Positions 56,408-64,000 of a stretch of 64,000 nt of DNA are shown here, piece after piece. Origin of the DNA: Octopus sinensis. Its lineage: Eukaryota. Location: assembly GCF_006345805.1 (NCBI RefSeq), contig NC_043001.1, positions 22,382,001 to 22,446,000 on the forward strand, in the 5' to 3' direction. The position numbers and the translations under genes were made by a program. The notes below the pieces were generated by a model that was given only the letters and a program-made list of their open reading frames with translations, did no database searches and had not been told where the DNA came from. Position 1 is the first letter of the stretch, and each line of letters starts with the position of its first letter.

Positions 56408-57169
56408 TCTCTCTCTATATATAAAGCTGAAGTTGTCTGTGCATGGCAGGCTTGGTCGCCTTCAACTAACACTATCTCCTCTGAGACCCTGCGGCGCAAG
56501 TTGACCAAAATTGAGAGTATGATAGAAGAAGGCTTGCTCTTCCTTCCGTAGAAGAAAAAATTCAAATCGGTCCATGTTAAGACCAAAAATTATTTACATC
56601 AAAAAGATGCTTTTTTTTCGATGAAAATCCCTGTTTTTTACGATTTTTTTACTGCTGTGTCGTCATTTTTCGGTGTATTTCAACCAGAAAAATGTTCACT
56701 TAAAGAGAATAACAAGCTACATAATGCAAATTTTTTACTTTTCAAAAATTCCAATTCTAAAGGGTCGAAAAGAAAACAAGCCCGAGCAACGCCGGGGGCG
56801 ATCTTTCGTCTGTAGTAGACCTTTCCGTAAAAAAAATTTTTTTAAATTACATATGGGCTTGCGGGAACTTTTGAAGTAATATACATACATATACACATAC
56901 ACCGAGTAAAAAATTTCAGTTATCTCTTTCTTTCACACACACTAACATACTGTCTGTCTCCCACACCCCATCAAACACACACATATACCTCAATGCTTGC
57001 CATGCACGGTAACTTCAAAAGAACTTCCCTCGTCATACAATCGCTTTCTCTTAGTCTCTTTCGCTCTCATTACTTCAAAAGTTCCCGCAAGCCCATATGT
57101 AAAAAAAAAAAATTTTTACGGAAAGATCTACTAGAGACGAAAGATTGCCACGCCGGGTTATACTGCTAG
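56408..57169 (+). mobile_element. Non-autonomous Helitron with a MITE inserted in its 3' hairpin
   Basis: A|TC start, CTAG|T end; removing 56797-57157 restores CCCGAGCAACGCCGGG-ttatactgCTAG. Confidence 0.82.
56797..57149. mobile_element. Merlin-like MITE
   Basis: TIRs of about 80 bp starting GGC(G/A)ATCTTTCGTCT; perfect 8-bp TSD ACGCCGGG at 56789-56796 and 57150-57157. Confidence 0.85.
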
Positions 57170-57274
57170 TATATAAATAAAAATAATAACCTATCCGAAG
57201 ACCTTTATTTTACGGTACCCAGAGGTACATGCTAATTGAATGTACCTAGGCAATACGACAATCTTAGCGCAAAG

Positions 57275-57369
57275 CAGTAAAACGGAAGCTCTTTACAGGA
57301 AGTCAGCGTTAGGCATGTCAAAATATATCGTAATTTCCGTTGTGTATTCCTTTTGAGTTCTTTCTCATA
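57275..57369 (+). promoter_or_regulatory. RPL27A core promoter and 5'TOP leader
   Basis: ETS-like CGGAAG and CAGGAAGT motifs, then the pyrimidine tract TTCCTTTTGAGTTCTTTCTC immediately before ATG|GTGAGT. Confidence 0.7.
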
Positions 57370-57372
57370 ATG
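57370..57372 (+). CDS. RPL27A: 60S ribosomal protein L27a (uL15), exon 1 (start codon only)
   Basis: ATG followed by the donor GTGAGT; phase 0 fits exon 2; an ATG-only first coding exon is also seen in vertebrate RPL27A. Confidence 0.75.
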
Positions 57373-58065
57373 GTGAGTACACTTGTCGAATCGTATCTGG
57401 CATGAAATCCATTTCAATCATATTGTTTTGAAATATTATTTTTTGCATATCCACTATATTTTAACTCAGTATGGTATATTATATTTAACTAGTTTATTAT
57501 TTCTGTTATTTGAACCTTAGATTTTATTTTAAATTGCTTTAAACACATGTAGCCATAATCCCTTCGCATTCGTTACAAATTTATGTCCTTTTATAAAACT
57601 GCGATTTATAATTTTTTGATAAGTGTCCTGAAGTACTACATATTTATTTAAAACTTTGCTTTTTACTTTAAATGACCGTTCACTATTCGAAGATTTAGTT
57701 TATCGTTAATTGAATCTTAATTATATCCTCAATATAAGTTCCTATTAAACCTGAGCAAGTTCACGTGTTTCATAAATATACATTCAAAGATTATTGTGTA
57801 AATAGACTCTCAATTTATTAATACAGCAATATTGGACTTATGCTTGTGGCGATCTTATATTTATTAAGAATACGTATGCGAAATTTATCTACACATCTAT
57901 AGCTCCAGAACTTATCATTTTAGCCATTTCTCACAGTTTTTGGGGAGGCAGTAAAGACCTTAAGCTTCATCTGTACAACTATCTTTGCCTAATTTCCATT
58001 TTTTAAAGTCAGCTCTGTCGAATTCACTGCTCCAATTTGTATATATAAAGTATCAAATATTACAC

Positions 58066-58288
58066 AACATACTGTCTGTCTCCCACACCCCATCAAACAC
58101 ACACACACACATGTACATCAATGCTCCCATGCACGGTAACTTCAAAAGAACTTCCCTCGTCATACAATCGCTTTCTCTTAGTCTCTTTCGCTCTCATTAC
58201 TTCAAAAGTTCCCGCAAGCCCATATGTAAAAAAAAATTATTTTTTTACGGAAATCGACGGAAAGGTCTACTAGAAACGAAAGATTGCC
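58066..58288. mobile_element. Right half of the 56797 MITE family
   Basis: Matches 56944-57149 and ends GATTGCC; no left TIR found. Confidence 0.8.
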
Positions 58289-58703
58289 ATATATTTTTGT
58301 TTTCATACCTCCTTCTGCAATTATGAGAAACCCTCTGCTCAGCATAATTATTTGGAATAGTCCTTAAAATGACACGTCAAATATCGGCAGAATAATTTTC
58401 TTAGCACCAATATTTTGGATATGGGTGTTTAGAAATAACACCTGCATTGGTCTATGTTAGGGAGCGAAGCATTAAAGAAACGGGCACTGTTTACATTCCA
58501 GGGCAATGGAGACATAACGTATTGAGGGACTAATGCAGTTTTGCACTTTTCTTTGAAAAAGTGGGATTGTCTCCACCATGTGCACCGAATAAACATTGCT
58601 TTCATTATTTTGTACAGGTATTTACAAAATAGTTACACTTATTAGCGAGGATTGCCTTGCTATACGTATTTATTTTGAAAGATGTTGCAAACCAGGTTAT
58701 AGC

Positions 58704-58915
58704 GGTACTACTAGCGAACAGTGGTCCCGGTACGCGCATCCGCGTTAGCTAGCTAGTCGTAAGTAGTCGATCCTACAACGACTACCTAGCAAAGTAAATA
58801 GAACACAAAATAAATAATTTTTTTTTACACAAAGTAAATAACAAAAACACAAAGTAAGGATCGACTAGTTATGACTAGCTGGCGCGCATCGCGACCACTG
58901 TTCTCAAGTAGTACC
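58704..58915. mobile_element. CpG-rich MITE with GGTACTACT termini
   Basis: TIRs GGTACTACTAGCGAACAGTGGTC / GACCACTGTTCTCAAGTAGTACC; imperfect 8-9-bp flanking duplication (ggttata..). Confidence 0.7.
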
Positions 58916-59236
58916 GGTTATAAGCATCCTGCAGTTAACGTTCAGACGTGTCTTGATAGACAATACGCTAAGAGTACCCCGGCGTGGTGCTTCAACTCTC
59001 GGTTCTAAGGGAAAAAATAGAATAAAGGACTTTACAGTCATAAGTAGTTGGAATTTGAAATTGTGGTTGGTTTGTTGCATGCATATTCAGGTGCGCTGTA
59101 TCAAGCTTTTTTTTAATGTACGGCTGTTTTATACTAAATTATATTTACAAAATAAATCGTCCAAAACGTTTTTTTTTCTTTCCTAATTATGCTTTGCTAA
59201 GTCCTAGAGTGTCAGATTTCGTATTTTCTCTCTTAG

Positions 59237-59300
59237 GCCACAAAAAGGAAGAAGACAAGAAAATTAAGAGGACACGTGAGTCACGGACACGGTCGAGTTG
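59237..59300 (+). CDS. RPL27A: RPL27A exon 2 (64 nt): [21 protein letters not shown]
   Basis: Diagnostic uL15 N-terminus; TTAG acceptor, GTAAGA donor. Confidence 0.97.
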
Positions 59301-59470
59301 GTAAGACAATGGTTTTTTTTTTTAATTTTACATTTTCAAAAAATTCAGCTGGGGGTTTTGAAAGTTCAAACGTACAATATCAATAGCTTATTACTTTGTT
59401 GGTGTTTGAGATTTAAGAGTGGAATTAGGCTGTAACAATTGAACAATCAATAGTTAGATCATGTATATTT

Positions 59471-59657
59471 CGAAGACTGGACCCGGTGCGCGCACACATA
59501 TTTGTTCTAAGAAATAATTTATTTACTTTCTTTAAAAAATTATTTTATTTTATTCTGTAAAATCAACTCATTTGCATACGCGCAAGTCGTAGGATCGACT
59601 ACTTACGACTAGCTAGCGCGTGTGCGCGCACCGGGTCCAGTCTTCGCTAGTAGTACC
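59471..59657. mobile_element. Second copy of the GGTACTACT MITE, inverted relative to 58704, outer left TIR missing
   Basis: GAAGACTGGACCCGGTGCGCGC / GCGCGCACCGGGTCCAGTCTTC-GCTAGTAGTACC; GTATATTT on both flanks. Confidence 0.7.
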
Positions 59658-59669
59658 GTATATTTCTAG

Positions 59670-59779
<110 letters not shown>

Positions 59780-60223
59780 GTAAGTATCTGATTGGTTCAA
59801 TTATTGCGTAGCACAAAAGCTGGCGGTGGTTAGCATGCTTCTCATTGGTGCTGGAGTGGTGGAATGCAGGGCTTTTATTGACCAGGAGAACCAGATTGAA
59901 TTAGTAAGCATAGATACTTGAATCATCGTATGAGGTGCAGTACGTGTAAAGAGTTCCCATGTACTTTTATTGCTGCTTCTGTCCAGATCTATCTGTTGGT
60001 ATTGTATAGCATGCAATTTTTCTTGTTATAAATTTGGTCTTTTGGCATTAAGTGCTCCTACGTTTCTTTTCTCTATCAGTCTTGGGTCATATGGTTGTGA
60101 TGGAATCTTATCACAGAAATCAGTTGCGTTAGATTGGTCTAGCATTTTTGTGCTGTAAAAATTGTATTGTCTTCAACATACTAAATATGATGCTGCTGGA
60201 ATCGGAAAGGCTCCCTTCAGTAT

Positions 60224-60642
60224 AGCAAAGGGGCTAATGCAGATTCATGCCTCACCTTGAGAAGTGCATTTTTCTGAAAAAATTTAAAATAGGATTCCTA
60301 GTTTTTACATGTCGGAGATTATGAATATGCAACCCCCCCCCCGTTTTAAATGTATATTACATTGTGGAAATTTCATTAACGTAGGTATGTAAATGTGGAA
60401 AAATATAGGGATTTTAGCAATATCGAAACAGTTTCTATAGTTTAACCAAATGAGCATAGAAAGTGTGAAAAACCTGCTTTAATGAAATTTCTACACTATA
60501 CATTTAGAATGGGGTGGGGTGTAACTTTTTTTTTTTTTTGCATATTTATAATCTCCGACATGTAAGACTTAGGAATTCAAATAAGCTTTTCCAGAAAAAT
60601 GCATTTTTCAAGGGGAGATACGAATCTGCATTAGTCTTGCAA
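60224..60642. mobile_element. Foldback/MITE-like element with arms of about 160 bp
   Basis: 60224-60382 is the reverse complement of 60478-60642 at roughly 75-80% identity by eye; further arm copies at about 61500-61665 and 58526-58560. Confidence 0.7.
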
Positions 60643-60910
60643 AAAGTCCTCTTTTGCAGCAATATATTTAAGTTCTTACAGCATATGATATTAGGTATTT
60701 GGAAAGTCAATCATAAACAGGTTATGTACTGTTTTTAGTTTTGAGAGTTTTCAGAACATCAGACTAAATTTTAGATAAAATGCTAAAACTTTGTTTGATG
60801 AAAACAAAATTTCTCAAAACTGTTGTAGTTTTCATCATTTACAATAGATGAATGCCATTAACTTGGTGAGGTTTGTAAATGAATCTTCTCAGAATGTTGT
60901 TCATATTCTT

Positions 60911-61030
60911 TGTCCAGTTCCATATGATGGCATTACTAGTGTTTATCATTACAACCTGGACTACATCAAATGTGTTCTGTCTTCAGCTGCAAGGTCAGTC
61001 TTGTAACAGTCCTCAATGTCCACAACATCA
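60911..61030 (+). ncRNA. Box H/ACA snoRNA-like unit, copy A
   Basis: Hairpin GTCCAG...CTGGAC, H box ACATCA (60963-60968), second hairpin, ACA at 61025-61027 plus 3 nt; each pocket starts 14 nt before its box. Confidence 0.8.
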
Positions 61031-61761
61031 TAACAGTAATGTTTTGACCTGTTCATTAGCGTACATCGAACTGAAATACACAAATTGTGTTTCAACTAAA
61101 TTCAAGACATTAGACTACATCTTTATTTTTCGTTGGGTAAAATGGCACAAATTTACTTAAATATTCATAAATATGTAAATTAAGTATATACCACATCCCC
61201 ATGTGAGCCATTTTATGAGAAATAAACATTTAATAATGTTGTAAAATTTAATAAGGGGCTCAAATTTCACCCCTTGCTCTATTTTAAATTTTGAACATTT
61301 TCATTCATTTATTTCTCTATCTACCCCTCCTTGTTCCATAGTCAACTAAAATGTGGTGGTCCTATACAAGACGGTGTTACTGTTGTTTTTAGCCACAGGA
61401 AGACCTATCTATCTCTTATACACCTTTCTATATACTTATTGAACTTAAAAGTTTCAAAACGTGGTTTCCTGCTCATCTAGAATCTGTCATCTAAACCATA
61501 GGCAAAAAAAGTTCAAAATTTTAAATGGGAGTGGTGGTAGGGGTTTTTTTTTTTTTTGCATATTCGTAATCTCTGACGTCTAAAACGTAGGAATCTGGAA
61601 AAAAAAACTTTTCGAATAAATGCATTTTTCAAAGATAGGTGCGAAACTGCATTAGTCCCAGGGTTTCTTTTAAAAAAAGTGAAAACTTGGTAGGTGGGAA
61701 GAATTAAAATTTTGAAATGCTGATTTTTCTTCGCAGATTCGGAAGTATTGTTCATATTTTT

Positions 61762-61890
61762 TGTCCAGTTCCATATGATGGCATTACTAGAGTGTTTATC
61801 ATTACAACCTGGACTACATCAAATGTGTTCTGTCTTCAGCTGCAAGGTCAATCGTTAATCTTGTAACAGTCCTCAATGTCCACAACATCA
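61762..61890 (+). ncRNA. Box H/ACA snoRNA-like unit, copy B
   Basis: Same architecture; H box 61816-61821, ACA 61885-61887; changes versus copy A are confined to loops. Confidence 0.8.
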
Positions 61891-62039
61891 TAACAGTAAT
61901 GTTTTGACCTGTTCATTAGCATACATCGAACTGAAATACACAAATTGTGTTTCAACTAAATTCAAGACATTAGACTATGTCTTTATTTTTCGTTGGGTAA
62001 AATAGCACAAATTTACTTAAATATTCATAAATATGTAAA

Positions 62040-62137
62040 TGTTTATCATTACATCCTGGACTACATCAAATGTGTTCTGTCTTTGGCTACAAGGTCAGTT
62101 ATTAATCTTGTAACGGGCCTCAACGTTTACAACATCA
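62040..62137 (+). ncRNA. Box H/ACA unit, copy C (5'-truncated)
   Basis: Lacks the 5' strand of hairpin 1; H box, hairpin 2 and ACA (62132-62134) present. Confidence 0.6.
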
Positions 62138-62918
62138 TGATGACAATATTTTAACCAATTCTATATCATATTACCATTTTTCTAATTAAGATACTTGTTT
62201 CTTAATTAGTCAAGACTCCAGACTGGTTCTGTGAAACAACTTCAATATTTTATTGGTAAAATAGCACAAACGGAATGAGAGAAATAGGTGACAGTTTAAA
62301 AGTGAGTGTGTCCACACAACAATAACAATCTATATACACTTGTGTGCTTTGTATTTCATGTTTATTACAAAGAAAATGTGTCCTAAAGTAGTTTGTCAGT
62401 TTTCTATATTCTCAAACTTGTATATTGTTAGTTTCGTGATAATTGAATCTTGAAATTATTCATGCTTCTGTCCAGAGAAATGTTCACGTAAATATATTAG
62501 AATACTCATGAAAACTTGAAGGGAATCAAATGTGCTGAAGCAGCTGGCAAGATATTCCTTTTGTCTGTATCTTGTTTGCTCACAGATGTCAACTGTAATA
62601 TTGAGATAATTCAAACCAATATTGAAACTATCGGTGCATATCCATGCTGTGCACTAAATTGTGATAGCAAGGAAAGTGTTCTCACAATTTGTAATCTTCT
62701 TTGGTGTGTAAATTAAGTTCCTGAAGCTATTTTGCATTGGTTTTCTTCACTCAGAACAGACGTGTATCATTAGCTTGGTGGTGATTGAGATTTCGTAGAG
62801 AGTGTTGTCCATGTTTGTGTCCAGATCCATGCTATGACATTAAATATTAGAATGCTTATTATTTGGTGATAAATGTGTAAAATAATTTGTTGAATCCTGT
62901 TGTAGGATATTTTGTTTC

Positions 62919-63049
62919 TGTCCATTTCCATGTGATGACATTATTAAGTATTGTTTATCATAACTACTTGGACTACATCAAATGTGTTCTGTCTTCGGTT
63001 GCAAGGTCAGTCATTAATCTTGTGACGGTCCTCAAAGTTCACAACATCA
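62919..63049 (+). ncRNA. Box H/ACA snoRNA-like unit, copy D
   Basis: H box 62975-62980, ACA 63044-63046; compensatory/wobble changes in the hairpin-2 stem. Confidence 0.75.
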
Positions 63050-63177
63050 TAATAGCTATTTTTTAATAAACCATTCACACTGGTGTAACATCATCATCCT
63101 CATCGTTTAGCGTCAGGTATTGTATCTCCATGATGTCAGGTAGTTAATTGAAGGTTCACAGTATTATTCATATTCTT

Positions 63178-63306
63178 TGTCCAGTTCCATGTGATGGCAT
63201 TACTAGAATGTGTATCATAACATCCTGGGCTACATCAAATGTGTTCTGTCTTCGGCTACAAGGTCAGTCATTAATCTTGTAACGGTCCTCAATGTTCACA
63301 ACATCA
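63178..63306 (+). ncRNA. Box H/ACA snoRNA-like unit, copy E
   Basis: H box 63232-63237, ACA 63301-63303. Confidence 0.78.
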
Positions 63307-64000
63307 TAATAGCTATTTTTTAAAAAAAACATTCATACTGATGTAACAAGTACTGTATCTCCATGATGTTTTATGTTGTGGAAACGTTGAATATAGCATA
63401 AATATGGCAGTAGGTTGTATTGGAGTTTGTTGTTTGTAATAAAGAAAACAAATGTGCAGAGATGAGACATTTAAAGTTGCAAGTAAATAAAAGATAAAAC
63501 GAAATAAATTCGAAAATTATTTATACAATCTAATCATACCTTTCAGCGGTGGTGCCCCAGCATGGCCGCGGCCTTCGGGCTAAAACATTTTTAAGGATTT
63601 ATACCTATATACAATATTTCTATCATGGAAAGTTGTAAAAGATCCCACTGTACATACTGCAACCTTGCAGAATGCACATTGGAAAGACGTTTCAACCGGC
63701 TGTCCACTGGGAGTTTTTCTTTGTTGATAGACATTCACGGCACTGCTTTTTGTGACCCTTGAATTGTTTTCTAATTTATGGAGATTGACTGAACTCAGGG
63801 ATATCTCTCTGGCAGGCTTTGCTTTTTCTTCCTCTAGTTATTTTTTTGGAGGAATAGCCTGTCCTCAACTGCGTTGCTACATCTGCTTAGAACTGCAGAT
63901 GGTCACACCGCTATGCTCATGTTTACTATATATTACACCAGGTATCGCCATCATTTATTACTCGGTCTGCCAACCGGATAATAACTCTTCACCTGGTTCA

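Noticed and set aside
59800-60150. Possible additional snoRNA after exon 3, also 58930-59110 and 62815-62870
   Set aside because: I could not assign both boxes and two hairpins by eye; needs a covariance-model search.
62136-62240. C-box-like ATGATGA
   Set aside because: No D box (CTGA) at a suitable distance.

Overview
AT-rich, repeat-saturated animal genomic DNA. The repeat families and the long (TA)n/(GAT)n tracts suggest an octopod cephalopod (inference). Most of 1-57 kb is transposon-derived: two or more tRNA-headed SINE families, RTE LINE fragments with many 3' UTR copies, Tc1/mariner/pogo, piggyBac, hAT and Merlin-like MITEs, a non-autonomous Helitron family and a Penelope fragment carrying a hammerhead ribozyme. 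The only protein-coding gene I recognise is RPL27A (uL15) on the + strand: ATG-only exon 1 at 57370-57372 behind a 5'TOP tract, then exons 59237-59300 and 59704-59779; the remaining exons were not found in the window. It encodes Leu at the normally conserved His39. Its third intron holds a tandem array of five copies (four complete, one partial) of a box H/ACA snoRNA-like unit. The two pockets are predicted to guide 18S rRNA pseudouridylation and appear to have degenerated reciprocally between copies. Most six-frame ORFs are repeat or microsatellite artefacts. rRNA target sequences and numbering are from memory and need checking against this species' rRNA.
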